64,000 nt of DNA from Stylophora pistillata (taxonomy: Eukaryota). The position numbers and the translations under genes were made by a program. The DNA lies in the NCBI RefSeq assembly GCF_002571385.2, contig NW_019218005.1, forward strand, positions 305,253 to 369,252, written 5' to 3'. Below the pieces are notes generated by a model that did not search any database, was not told where the DNA came from, and saw only the letters and a program-made list of their open reading frames with translations. Positions 13,501 through 25,601 of this stretch are shown here, piece after piece; within the stretch, counting starts at the first letter, position 1, and each line of letters opens with the position of its first letter.

Positions 13501-13840
13501 CATAGAGGATCCATTGTTCCAGTCGTCGATGTGCTTCGTTAACTAGTCGATAAAGTCGCGACCATTTTTACCGTATGGAACTAAGAAAGTGTTTTTTCTC
13601 CAAGTTGTTACTTCATTGTGTGCATCATCAATCGTAGCAGTGGTGATTGTTGTAATTTCCCCGTTGGAATTTCCGCCCCAAATAACCGATACAGGTAACT
13701 TGACAGTTGTAAGCCTGTTCCATCTCGATAGAGAAATCGAGACCATCCCTTTCGATGAAGACAAAATAGCGGGTGAACAACATTTTGCCAAAATCCTTTT
13801 CAAGTTCCGCCAAGGCTCAGCTTTGGAATTGAACACTATT
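10558..13840 (-). mobile_element. Decayed, probably 5'-truncated CRE-like non-LTR retrotransposon (RT + zinc knuckle + restriction-like endonuclease)
   Basis: Four ORF pieces join into one protein: [37 protein letters not shown] (degenerate [Y/F]ADD), [41 protein letters not shown]. In-frame stops at 13543 and 11714, frameshifts at ~12840 and ~11025, T-rich 3'UTR. Both ends are approximate. Confidence 0.85.
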
Positions 13841-13889
13841 CATTTCTTAAAAAAACATTTAAGACTGTACGCGCGCTCTCATTGGTCGA

Positions 13890-14603
13890 TACAGTTGTAT
13901 TATTGATCGAGCGGGAGGCCAGGATGGCTAGATAGTAGCCGAGTTCTCTGTTGCGTTTTTACGAACCGAGACGAAGTCGAGCATAAAAACGAGGGCGTGA
14001 AAAAAAGAATGAGGCTTAAGTCTAGCCATCTTGACCGAACAAGCTTGGTCAATAAAGGATTCGTTAAAGAGCAAAAATATTTCGCTTTGATGAAATTAAG
14101 AATAACTTATTTCTAGAGCCTCCCGGTTAGCTCAATCGGTTAGAGCGCCGGATTGTGTTGTGCGGGAGGTCGAGGGTTCGAGCCCCGGCCGGAGCGATAC
14201 CCATGGTCTTAAAATAACTGAGGAAAATTTGCTACCTTTCTATAATCAAGAAATGGATAGATATTCTAGTCTTCTCGGATAAGGACGAATAAACCGTAGG
14301 CCCCGTCTCCTGCAGGGTTAGGGGTAGGAGACGTTAATTTCCCACGCACGAGATTACTGTGTTGTGGATGTTCTCCCCTGGGGTGGGATGGGTGGGAATT
14401 GGCCCTGAAAAGCCCCCATAGGGAGTGGTCAACTAACGTATGTATGTATGTATGTATGTATGGGAAAGAAAGCCAATTGTTGTAGAACGATAAACCAACA
14501 AGGACCGTTCATGTTTCCTTTGTTTTGATTGTCACTGTCGCTTTTGACGACTCCAGCGCCGACATTGTTCAAAAATTACGAAGTTACACGTTTATTTCAC
14601 GTC

Positions 14604-14638
<35 letters not shown>

Positions 14639-14725
14639 CATTGAGCAGGATTAAAGCAGGCAACATGAGCCCATCTTGCCCGCTCGAGTAGCCAATCAAA
14701 ACGTAGGATTCTCTTCCTATTGATA
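13890..14725. repeat. Palindromic interspersed repeat interrupted by a SINE
   Basis: Inverted arms (tattattgatc..gatggctaga / tctagccatc..ggtcaataa) at ~13890-14055, with the same layout as 21484-21623. Repeat-like sequence resumes after 14462. Boundaries are approximate. Confidence 0.5.
14118..14462 (+). mobile_element. tRNA-derived SINE with a Deu/Nin-like central domain and (TATG)n tail
   Basis: A box tagctcaatcggttagagc and B box ggttcgagccc. The core tcggataaggacgaataaaccgtaggccccgtctc resembles the Deu/Nin SINE domain (from recall). The 3' end is (gtat)6. Confidence 0.8.
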
Positions 14726-15115
14726 ATGGGTGTTGCCATTAGATAAAAGAGTGTTTACTGGTGAGAGTACGTAAACACGGTTGTGACGTCAAGCCTTCTG
14801 TGTTTTCTGTGAAATATTTCATAAATTAAATAGAAGACTTAAAACTCAAGAAGGCTAGAAAATTCTCGAACGTTACTGCAAATCCTCGACGATTTTTCGT
14901 CTTTGAACACTAACTACTTGTTCATAACAATTTCGAAATTTAGTCACTTGTAATCTCGAGCTCCCAGGGTCACTTGGGCTCCATGTTTGCGATATGGTTG
15001 TCGAGCAATTTCGCCGACAACGAACCTAAATGATCCTAAGCTCGAGATTAAGTTACTTTTAGAATATATTACAAATCGTAATATTGGTATTATTATTGTT
15101 GAATGATGATCTTAC

Positions 15116-15153
15116 CTAGGGCCCTGTCTTCTCAAGGCTGCATGAAGGCAGAC
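15116..15153 (-). other. Candidate 38-nt 5'UTR exon of the ABCC4-like gene
   Basis: Acceptor ttttcaaaattctcag| and donor ctag|gtaag. Another donor, ttg|gtaagt, lies at 16008. No transcript evidence. Confidence 0.35.
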
Positions 15154-16889
15154 CTGAGAATTTTGAAAACACAGTTCAAAATAAATTAATTTGAAAACGC
15201 TTGCTCCACTTTTAAAATGAGGGCGAACACCGAGTTCGTAACAACACTCGAGCTTTTCGAGACCGATGACATGAAAAATGTTTAAATATTTTTGGCGGGA
15301 CAATTAAGCTCATAGTATGAGTCCATAAAAGTGTCCTCGCCGCCGTTGACCGTTGTACTGTCAGCGCAAAATATTCGTTGCGTTCTTTTCTATTTTCCAG
15401 TAAGTAAGAAAACGTTAGTTGCTTAGTTAGAAATAATTTGGAAATGCTGTTTGCAAATCTGTTCGATGGAGAGTGTACCGGAGCACGAATTTCATTAGTA
15501 AACAAGTTTTGTTATCCGAATTTTCCCGCTCCACAGGCTCTTTTCGTTTCTAGATAACTGAGTCCGGCAAATCATTCATTTATAGTCTAAAATCCTGTCC
15601 ACATTTTTCCCAGAATATAGTAGACTGAACCTTAAATAGCCGTCAAACTAATTTTATGTGTGAATAGCAGGAATAATAAATAAAATGAAAGAAAAATTCG
15701 CTCTAAGTTTGCCTTGTAAGAACTCGCAAAAACTCTTAACCTCCAGAGCGTTGCAATAATTTGAAACAAAAAAATGCGATGATAATTACATTTAGCCTTT
15801 CCTGAGGTTTCTTTGACATACCATAGATATCCCTGTCCTGCTAGTGTTGGGATGCACTTTGTCAGTGAAGTGTCTTCAGTTTGCAAAAACCGCACAAACC
15901 AAGGACGCTAAGCTTTCGGGGCGCTAATCAACCTTTGATTGTTGTATACGACTGTAATCTTCATTGGTGAGCGCTCCTAAATGATATGGTGATGCTGATA
16001 AACTTACCAAGAGCAAGAAAACTTTTCAGACTCCGCATCAATCTTGTAGAGACCGCTCTCTAAATACCGCATATCATTAGATAAACGATAGGGCTTCTTT
16101 GTACTGTATGTTTGCGGTTGAATGATAAGTTTCGGATGAATTTATTTCGCGCCAATTTTGAATCTGTTCTCTGCCCGATCGCAGCTTGGAATCGAGGATC
16201 TAAGCGAGCGTCGCGGTGTCTTTTTGTTTTGATGCAGAAGATATGAAGTCAGTTCGATGGTTTTAAGAACTTTCAAACTATTTTATTAGCTTAAGAATTC
16301 ATCTTCATTGGCAACGCTCGAAATGAAATCAATCTTTCTTAAAAAAGAAAAGCCAAAATACAAAACTGCTACTTACAATTACACGCTGAAAAGCAACTTA
16401 CGAGCAGTTTATCATTTGCGTTACTCAGTTCAACTACATGTAACCAACCACCGATTGCAAAGTAAAGCCGGTCCATTTATTTACTGAACGCGCGTTTTTT
16501 GAGAGCTTTATTTATTTGGGGGAAACGGAGCAGAAACTGTGGTTATATGTGTATTGCATAAGTAATGTTTACGCTTGACCAAGCGTGAAAAAAGTACACA
16601 CTACTGACCCCGAGTGACCACGAGTGCGTGCTCGTGATAGAAGAGCATCAGTATATTTGGCTGACGTCATAATTACATCGCCATTATTTTATCGTCGCTT
16701 TGTTAACTTAAACTGAATTTCTAGCGGCTGAAATTTCCCAAAAGGGCGGGCCCCTGATAGGACGGGAGAAGAGAATGGTTGTGTAATCTTTCTGCCATCC
16801 GAACCTTATAGTCATCCGAACCTTATAGTCCCGGGGGCAGGGGAGAAAAGGGGACAAATATCGGAGGACAAATATCGACGTAAACAGGT

Positions 16890-17090
16890 GTTGTTTAGTA
16901 AATAAACCCCTCCGGGCGGCTGGTATGTCGGCTGATAATGTCCGCGGCTGAGAGATTGTCCGAAAAATGAATATTTGGCCGACAAGCGAAGCTTCGAGGG
17001 CATAAATGAAATTTTGATGACAATCTCTCAGCCAAGGACATTATCAGCCGACATACCAGCAAGCCAGAATGGGATTTATATATTTTATAA
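16890..17090. repeat. Palindromic (hairpin) element
   Basis: 41-bp inverted arms 16920-16960 / 17019-17059 match at 39/41 positions, with a short central palindrome cgaagcttcg. Confidence 0.8.
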
Positions 17091-17691
17091 CCCTCCCATT
17101 AATTTTCACATCGCAATTAAACTGCGCGTTAACACAGTAAAAAAGCCAGTGGTGATCTGATGGCGAATGCGCGTGATTGACGCAAGCAAGCAAGCAAAAA
17201 AAAAAGAGTTTGGTTTCCTTCCATGTAAATAGGAGAACGGAAAAGTTGAAACTCTTGTGTTGACTATGTTTGTTTTTCACGGAAAAAATCGGAGGACAAA
17301 TGTCGACGTGGATTATTGCGTGATAACTGTCCTATGATTTTGCACCACGTGACGTAAAGTGACCAATAAAATCGCGCCAAAATTAATGGTGGGTTAAAAT
17401 GCGTGATAACTGCCCGGTGATTTTGCACCACGCTACATAGTGTAGTCAATAAGATCACGCATAAATTAATGGGTGGGTTATGGCTAGGTAAAATACAAAA
17501 GTAAAAACTTTAATGTGTTCTTTTTCCAAACCTTTTAACGCTTAAATAACAACTCGAGTAGTATCCTGATACATTACATTTTTCGGTAGATGTATCACAT
17601 TTGAGGATGCGGGCCGTTTATGATGCTTGTTTTTCTTTAAAAAAAAACTCCTCATAAAGGGTGAAAATATCTCAAATTCTGGTAAGTCTTG

Positions 17692-18180
17692 TTAACCCTT
17701 TACACCGTAACATCGGTATCCATACTCTCCCAACTGTTCTCTAAACATTTCCTCGGGTACTGTGTGACGAAGTTTCCAGAAATCAAGGGAACAATTTAGA
17801 ACATTGATTTACCACATCGCTATCTTTATAAGCTGTGCTAGAAACTTCTCCATATTCCGGAACATTCTATTGACTTATTTTAAGGATATATCATTAGCGT
17901 CTACAATGTTCGTACTGCTAAAAATAGTATTTTAGAAATGGTATGACGTAATCGGCTACTATGAGTAAGGTTCGAGATCGTAAGATTTTGTGAGGTTTTC
18001 AGAAGTTTAAGATGAGTAATAAAGTGTTTTAAGTGGAGAACAGGAATCTTCTCTTAGCTTCGTGACAGCTGACAAGGAGAATTTCGTTCACAAACAAAGC
18101 TTCTTGGGTTGATGATAATTTACTTCATTGTCGTGATCTCAAGGCAGAAATAAGATGCTGATTACTCCAAGAGTTATAGG
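17692..18180. mobile_element. TTAA-CCCTT-type MITE split by a solo LTR
   Basis: Starts ttaacccttt. Its two halves align with the intact copy at 18421-18629. Confidence 0.7.
17763..18067 (+). mobile_element. Solo LTR (305 bp), probably Gypsy-type
   Basis: TG...CA ends with a 10-bp terminal inverted repeat (tgtgacgaag/cttcgtgaca, 1 mismatch), an internal AATAAA at ~18018, and 4-bp flanks actg/gctg. Confidence 0.65.
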
Positions 18181-18420
18181 AATAATTTTTGATATCCAGT
18201 CATGTGAATCATATAAAATTGCCACTTTTCTACCCAACATTAATCAAAGTCACAGAATGATCTCACACACCACAGATCATACCTTTCCATATAAGTTTAA
18301 AATGTATTATAGTAATTTGCATCAGTTAAATATCTTGCTTCTCAGTTAATAACATTGATAAAATATTTTACTAAAAATTCCTCGTCCATTGTAATCATAA
18401 TCTAACAATGTTCTGTTTAC

Positions 18421-18629
18421 TTGACCCTTCACTCCCTAACATCAGTGTGCAAATTCTCCATAGTCTCCATACATTTCCTAAGGTACTAACAAGGAGAATT
18501 TGTTTAACAATCTACAGCTTCTTTAGTTAATGATCATGTTCTTTATTCTCAGGACCTTAAAGTGTGTTTCAGGGGTGATATTGTAAGGAGAAATTAGATG
18601 CTGGTCACTGTCAGGGGCCAAAGGGCTAA
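18421..18629. mobile_element. ~210-bp TTAA-CCCTT-type MITE (related copies at ~22120, ~23704, ~24950-25143, 27432-27642, ~54215-54424)
   Basis: Ends ttgacccttc...aagggctaa. Copies share internal motifs (acatttcct, gagaattt, ggagaaattagatg). Confidence 0.7.
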
Positions 18630-19415
18630 TTTACTGTAAACAGTTTTTAATTACAAAAAAATTATTAACAGATATTTCTTTACACATGGCTTAACTTTAC
18701 ATATGGTTAACTTGCATTAACAACAATACATGGTAATTAATGTTTAACATTATTCTATATGATTTGCTGTCATGAAGGTGATTCCCTCTTAATGCACCTT
18801 CAATAAGTTGCATTTCAATGAATGCACTAATTAATCCACAATATTTTTCTATTATAAGCACTGCTACACACAAAGTTTGGTGATTGTTACAAGCTTTTAA
18901 ACAACATGCAAATAATGAAAGTGGAGATGGATCTATGAGAATTCATTGTTTGAAGTTGTCTTGAAATCATGTTGCAGATCTCTTGCAAAACAGTTGTGAT
19001 GTCTAAAAGGGACTAATAAGTCATATTCCCTGGTCAAAAATGGATTACCACAATTTTGTTCACTTCAACTTACAGCAAAAAAACTTTGAGTCTGTCCAAC
19101 TGTATTTCAAGGGAGCATCTCTAATAAATTAATAAATAAGTTCTTAAAAACATTTTTCTCAGCCTCGATGAACCTCTTCCTACAGATGACTGAGCATTTC
19201 ATTTTTCTTTTACATTCATTAACACATAAAGTGACTTAAAGCACTGGCATAGTTGATAGAAATTGGCCACCACTGTTTTATGGTGAAAACTTTTTTTTTT
19301 GTAGGAATTGTAGTCATATCTTCAAAAATTTGATGTTATAAAAATTTCTCTTTAAAAAATATTTTATAAAAGAGAATGAAAGGCGACTGATGTGGTTTGT
19401 AGAGCTGATTTAATA

Positions 19416-19882
19416 TCATGTCATTGGAGAATTCTCTTCTTTTATTGGACCTCCATCCTCAGCAGATTTAGATGATGGTTCACAGGATTTCTTGAGTGAT
19501 TTTGGTGAGAGTTTACAAGGTAGTGCTGATGATTTTTCACCCAAGTCTCCACAATTAGTTTCTTGGTTGGTGCCATTTTCAGAAGAATTACTACCATTCT
19601 TGGTAAAAGGCACGTGTTGATCTGCACTGCTTGATGATAACCTGGAAACACTGTCACAAACTTCTTGTTCACAGACATCTTTCTTGTGAGAGTCTAAGAA
19701 GACAACAACTACCGAAATGTTGTCATTAGAGCCTGCATCTTTAGCACCATCCACAAGACACTTTGCTACAGATGCTCTATCTCCCCCTTCAGCAAGATAC
19801 TGACACACAGCATTCACAGCCTCAGATGGTTTAATTACATCCCACAATCCATCACAGGCTAAGATTAGGAAATCTTCATCAC
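19416..19882 (-). CDS. PPM1E/PPM1F-like PP2C phosphatase, exon 7 (last)
   Basis: gcacag|. Encodes GDEDFLILACDGLWDV...AGSNDNISVVVVFL (metal-binding Asp motifs), then a Ser-rich tail and stop. Confidence 0.9.
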
Positions 19883-20232
19883 CTGTGCAGAAAGTTAAAA
19901 GAGTAAAGATTTCAAGATACAATGGAGTGCTAGTAATATGAACATGTTATTTAACACTAACAATACCTTGCACCAAGTTTTTCTTTTAAGACACTTGTCC
20001 TATTAACATTCTCCCTTTTCAGCATCTCAAGGGTCTGTTTTGTTACAAACAATTTTTAGGGGGGGTGGGGAGAGGGCTTACTAGAGGAATGACCTACTTG
20101 ACTACTGTAGGACTGCTTCACTAGGAGAAAGGGTATTTGATAGGATCTTAAATAGCAGGGAAACAAGGAAAAGCAGTTTTTATTGCCAATTTAATTTGAA
20201 CTGTTTAAGCTTAAAATACAGCTGAATCAATA

Positions 20233-20382
20233 CAGTGGAAGCTCAATTTAATGAAGTGCCAAGTGACTGGGGAAACTGGTTTGTTATGTCAAGGGTTTGT
20301 TATACCAAAAACCTCAATTTAATGAATTTACAGAAAAAAAAAGCAAAATGCTTGTTATTCGAGGTATGGTAAATAATTGTCT

Positions 20383-20434
<52 letters not shown>

Positions 20435-21187
20435 TGTGATGTTGTGCTTTAGTCTCTTTGAAGCTACAGTACACTGTACAGATCTGTACATAGCTACAGC
20501 ACCAGAAACTAAACAATTCAACAAAATTTTAACAATTGCAACTGGCTTGTCAAATGTCTAAATGAAAAGGTTAATGAATAGCACAACCGAACAGAAAACT
20601 AACTTAAACAAGAGAAAACCACCTTACTTTACTCCCAAAATTGCTCATCGAGATACCCAATCAAAAATTCTTCCAATGAAATTGCCTCATTTTTTGTCAA
20701 TCTTTACTCTACAATTAAAATTGCTAATCAAGATGCTTAACCAAAACAACTTTTCTAACTGTCTCACATTTTGTCTTGCATTAAAGTGCATCTTTCATTG
20801 AAGAGAAGGAGCACAGAAATTTCCATTCTTTTGTGCCTGACTCGTCAAATTTCATAATGAACATGAACAGTGTGTCCAGCATTAAAACAACAGACCACTA
20901 CTGTATAGTACTGCACTGTTCTGCCTACTGTACTAGAGTTGTTAATCCAATGAGGATTTTGATTGTTGGTCTGTCACATGTTGACATTTGTTAGTCATAG
21001 CAGGGTATCTGTATATGCTTGGGCTCCTGTATTGTGTTCATTATGATGAGAATTTCGTTATATGGAGATTCATTATATCAAGGTTCTGTCGCATACATTT
21101 TACCGTAACTTTAGCCGGGCTGAAAAGTATCATTTGTTAAACCGGGGACTTCATTATATAGAGGTTCGTTAAATCAAGATTCTACTG
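20233..21187. mobile_element. Non-autonomous Tc1/mariner/pogo-like element containing a (GT)n microsatellite (20387-20438)
   Basis: TA|cagtggaagctcaatttaatgaa ... ttcgttaaatcaagattctactg|TA, i.e. imperfect TIRs with a TA duplication. A fragment of the same family lies at ~26495-26630. Confidence 0.7.
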
Positions 21188-21483
21188 TACAGGAGAACAA
21201 TTATGTGGCACCCCTCTCAATCAATCAATCAATCAATCCTTTATTTAAACACGTGACACCTAGGAGTACAGAAGTTCTCGTTAAAACGTGTACATGTATG
21301 TACAATTAGAAATAAAACATAATTTCTGTAAGAATACAAATAATAAGTAGATCTATTAAATAACTAAAAACAGGATCGAAGATCATGGACAAGAATAAAG
21401 CACCTCCCTCTGATTAGCCCCCCTCTTTGGCTGAAATTTTAAATAAGCCCCCAAGGCACTTATTTGAGGAAATACATATAGCG

Positions 21484-21800
21484 TATTAACCAAGCGTGAG
21501 GGCCGTACTGGGAGAATATCAGCCAGAGGTCTTGACAGTACAGACTGAGTGCAGCTCGGTTCGTACAAAAAAGACTGAGGGCCGATATTCTTCCAGTACG
21601 GTCCCGAGCAAGCTTGGTTAATAAGAGAATTATTATACGACTGAAGTTCAAAGGGACACAAGTGCAGTATCATTCGGGACCATTCGGGACCATTCGGGAT
21701 GGTGCCCAGTCCAATACTGAGAGAATATTGACCGGCAATAGAGCATTTTGATTGGTTGATTTTAGTTATTGGCCCTCTGACTGCCCGAGTCGTGTAATAA
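21484..21800. repeat. Palindromic interspersed repeat next to the exon 6 donor
   Basis: Arms tattaaccaagc (21484-95) / gcttggttaata (21612-23) and ccgtactgggagaatatcagcc / ggccgatattcttccagtacgg. Confidence 0.65.
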
Positions 21801-21810
21801 TGTATGTTAC

Positions 21811-21967
21811 CTTCAAGATCCAATTCCTCTGTGTCTGGCTCTCCACTGATGTAAGGCTTGTGCTCAGCATCACCAATAGCTCTTGAGACTGAAAGACTTC
21901 CATTTACTCGCCAAGCACCAAAGAACACAACACAACCTCCAAGAGCTTCAATACGCTGTCTTTCATC
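21811..21967 (-). CDS. PPM1E/F-like exon 6
   Basis: ttctag|...|gtaac. Encodes [33 protein letters not shown]. Confidence 0.92.
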
Positions 21968-22361
21968 CTAGAAGAAATTTATCTTTTTTGTAAACATTTG
22001 TATCCAAAAAAGTAAAAAATAACAATTTCAAAAACTTAAACATGTTGCTGAATATAGTCCACACTAGTTGCTGTGCTAGAAAACACAGAGGAGAACTTCC
22101 ACCAAACCACTCTTGCTTATTAACCCTTTCACTCACAAGATCACAGTTGTACATGTAATTCTTCTTACTGTCTGCCATTTAGTTCTTAGAACATTACTTC
22201 AGAAAATTTGGTACTGGATCAACAAGTCGAACCTGATTGAATTAGGTTTCACACATGAGGGGAGCAGCATCTGAACCAGGCCTTAGAAAGCAGTTTATAT
22301 TTTTGCAACAAATGAGCCCACTGTCTATCTACTCAACCAAGTTACTAGTGTTACACCATAC

Positions 22362-22505
22362 CTCTCTATTTGGTTTATGGGGATCCATGAGGAGATGGTG
22401 CTGTCCAGCTTTACACAGTACGACCTGTGAATCTCCTAACCATGCAACATAAAGTGATTCACCCTTTATAAATACAGCTACGCCAGTAGAACCACTTCGA
22501 AGACC
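22362..22505 (-). CDS. PPM1E/F-like exon 5 (not in the ORF track)
   Basis: ttttag|...|gtatgg. Encodes [48 protein letters not shown]. Confidence 0.92.
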
Positions 22506-23285
22506 CTAAAAGTTTTGGAGTTAAAAGAGACAAACTTAAAATTTGTTAAGAAAGCACCACGTTATCCTTGGTTAAGGTCTACAAATTTAATGAATATTGG
22601 CAACACAATACAATGCAGCTGGTGTCATTCTCTTAAACTGCTTGCTTGGCCATATTATTTTACATTATGAAGAGAAGTTTTTATTTATATGGATATACTG
22701 CAAAGAACACTTTTAAAATTTAGGAGGTGATCACCCTTTGCTTAGCCAAGTTACCCATGAGTTTTCATAAAATACCGGTAGTCCTACATACTCCTAAAAC
22801 CTGAAATCCTGCACCAGAGCACCAATTTCATGTTTGTGTGTGTGGTGGGGGGCAGGGGGGAATTTTCTGGAAACTGGAGAAATCCTGATTTGGACGATGC
22901 ACTTACAAACACAAACCATACTTTTAAGCTCCAATACTAAATAATCTTTTTCACCACACAGCATCCCTTAAGTTCTAATTTCAGAACAAGCAAACAAGTA
23001 AAACATTGGCAATTAAATAGAGAATAACACAAAGGTGTGCATAGCTAATTAATTCTCTTCTTGTGTTCAACTTGGTATCTAACAAATGAGCGTAGCAAAC
23101 AGTAAAAATACGGAGTTGAAAATGAGGAGAAAAATTTCATATTGACCAGCAATAAAGTGAAGTCACAGCCAGACTAGAAATGTATATGAGTGCTTTACTG
23201 CGAAGAATCGTTCTCATATACGTCTCATAACCGCAGTTCACACATATGTTTCATATGTTTGTTGTTGTCAGACTAGAAATGTTAC

Positions 23286-23474
23286 CTCTCTTTTTGCCTT
23301 TGCTACAAAGCACTCATCTGTCTCTTCAAATGCTTCTTTCAAAGCCAGTCTGGGATCAGTAGCAAGGTTTTTGTTCCTTGCAAGATGACAGTGAAGGTGA
23401 GTAGCAGAGAAATTGGAAGCATCAACTCCACTGTGACCATCATATACAGCGAAAAATGCTTGATTGCTGCAGTC
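23286..23474 (-). CDS. PPM1E/F-like exon 4
   Basis: aataag|...|gtaac. Contains the PP2C motif FFAVYDGHSG. Confidence 0.92.
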
Positions 23475-23964
23475 CTTATTAAAAGACAAAAAAAGAAATC
23501 TCAAATCACGATATTAACATTCAGGGAGGCAAGTTCAGTGAAAGATATCATTTCAATTTCCTTTAGGTTGTGTACTTCCTTCTTCTCATCTCCTTTCTGC
23601 TGGAAAATGCATTGATAATGTAGGGAGAAAGTTTTATTTCATCTCTACTGAGAATGACAGGTTTAACAACCATTCAAATCAGGTCATGGATCAGAAATAT
23701 TATTTACCCTTTTGCCATCAAAAGAGATAAGTTCCTGTGTTTCTACAACAGTATTACTCATGTCTTGAGAATAAAGGAAAGGATCGTAAACTTAAAAATT
23801 ATGTTGACGGTTAGACAAATTATCTTCTTAACAATAGGAAATAACAGAAAACAGTGTAGAGAACTTGCATACTCTGAAGTGTAAAGGATTCATAAAAGCT
23901 TAGGGGAACCAGAGGAACAAATTTCAATGACATCCTCAGCACAATCTTAAGAGTACAAAATTAC

Positions 23965-24167
23965 CTGTGGAAATCCAAAGAGACTGTTAAATTCAGGCAA
24001 GATAACATGCCTGTCCTCCATTTTTCTTCTGGTGTTCTTAATGGCATGTGCACATGATTCATACTTCATCTTTGACTTTTGAAAGGAGGGTGGCTCACTG
24101 TTCCATTGCCTACAAACTTCTATAACTTTATTTATAGCATCTCGGGCAATTCTGGAGGAGTCCAGTA
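23965..24167 (-). CDS. PPM1E/F-like exon 3
   Basis: tggtag|...|gtaat. HAIKNTRRKMEDRHV is characteristic of PPM1E/PPM1F. Confidence 0.92.
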
Positions 24168-24243
24168 CTACCAAAAAAAGACAAAACATTGAAAGGTTAC
24201 ATATCTGCACCATCCATTAGATAACAACTGTTCCTCATTATTA

Positions 24244-24559
24244 CCCTGGTCCCAGAGATTCTCTTCTCTCTAAAAAAAAAAAATAGGATAAAGCTCTTCT
24301 CCCTAAAAAAATCAGCGCTAAATGCCGACAACATTTGATACTGACATTTCCTATTGGCTGTTGAAAAGTGATAGATTTGATCAGCTGTCAAAAACAGCTG
24401 AATGCACCAAAGTGAGGTTCTCAACAGTCTCCACCAGAGGTTCTCTCGACTGCTCACTGCTTCGCAGCTCATTGTCACCGCTTGGTGCCAAGTTTCTTAG
24501 CGAGAAGAGATTTATCCTATTTTTTTTTTTTAGAGAGAAGAGAACCTCTCGGACCAGGG
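24244..24559. mobile_element. MITE with long TIRs and a TA target duplication
   Basis: TA|ccctggtcccagagattctcttctctctaaaa..ataggataaa ... tttatcctattt..tagagagaagagaacctctcggaccaggg|TA. Confidence 0.8.
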
Positions 24560-25192
24560 TACGTACCTCATTATATTCACTTCAGGCAGAATTATGTAAT
24601 CATGCTTCTGGTTGAAGTTGAAGCAGCAGAAATTCAGATAATTAAGCTTGGACTTTTTTCATATTTTTCTTTCTTCTCCTCTTGTGCCTACCTGACAGTG
24701 TGTTGATACTGAAAGCAAAACTGGATCAATGTCACTACCTACCCCTCCCTAACCCAACCAAAACCCTCACTTGTTATCAGGTGACTGTTGTTGGACTAGG
24801 GGAGGGGAGGGGGGTTCACAGTTGCACAGATAGTGACATATTGATCCAGAGAAATTGTGTCTTGGTTGCTGGGACTGTTAGGGTTAACTGATATATGGAG
24901 AAAAATCACCTGTTACTTTTCTCCTGTTACTATTAATAATTCCTTGATGCTTTTACTAACATGGGTGACCAAAAATTAAAATCTCTTATAATATTTATAC
25001 ATTTTCGAAGAGAAGAAAGGAAAATAAAAATTTGGGATTATATTGTTTAATTTGACCCCAAATTCTCAAAGCCAAAATTGTAAGAATGGTACGGAGCACA
25101 GTGAAGAGAAGTGATACTCTGATCTTGTGAGTGAAAGGGTTAACACACCTGCATAAATTTGCTATACAGTCAAACCTGAATTAAGCAGTCAC

Positions 25193-25368
25193 CAGGGTTC
25201 AACACTAACAGTAGCCAACTAGCCACAGACTAGAAGAAATTCAGTTTTGGCCAGTGGTTTTTGGTTTCCACTAGCTAATTTGGCAAATAAACAAACAAAA
25301 ATGGTTGTAACATCTAAGTTGTTCCCAACCGCTTGGCTAGTAAGTTGATAAGTTAGTGTCAAGCCCTG
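25193..25368. mobile_element. 176-bp hAT-like MITE with a 5-bp target duplication
   Basis: TIRs cagggttcaacactaac / gttagtgtcaagccctg, flanked by gtcac on both sides (25188-92, 25369-73). Confidence 0.75.
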
Positions 25369-25601
25369 GTCACCCTCAGGAAATGGAGGGGTGATCACTT
25401 AATACAGGTTGACCACTAAATACAGATTCCACAGAATAGGGGTCAAACACTTGAAAAGAGATACCATTTTATCCTAAAAGTCCTGAGAAGAAAGATAATC
25501 TGACAATTGAACTCAAGTGAAGTGCCTTGAGAGAATATTTTTGGTTTAATTTGGTGGCTCCACTTAAGTGACCATTCAGTACAGGTGAAAACAAAACAAA
25601 T

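Noticed and set aside
14118-14195. tRNA gene
   Set aside because: The anticodon arm is irregular, there is no poly-T terminator, and the sequence runs on into a SINE body and tail.
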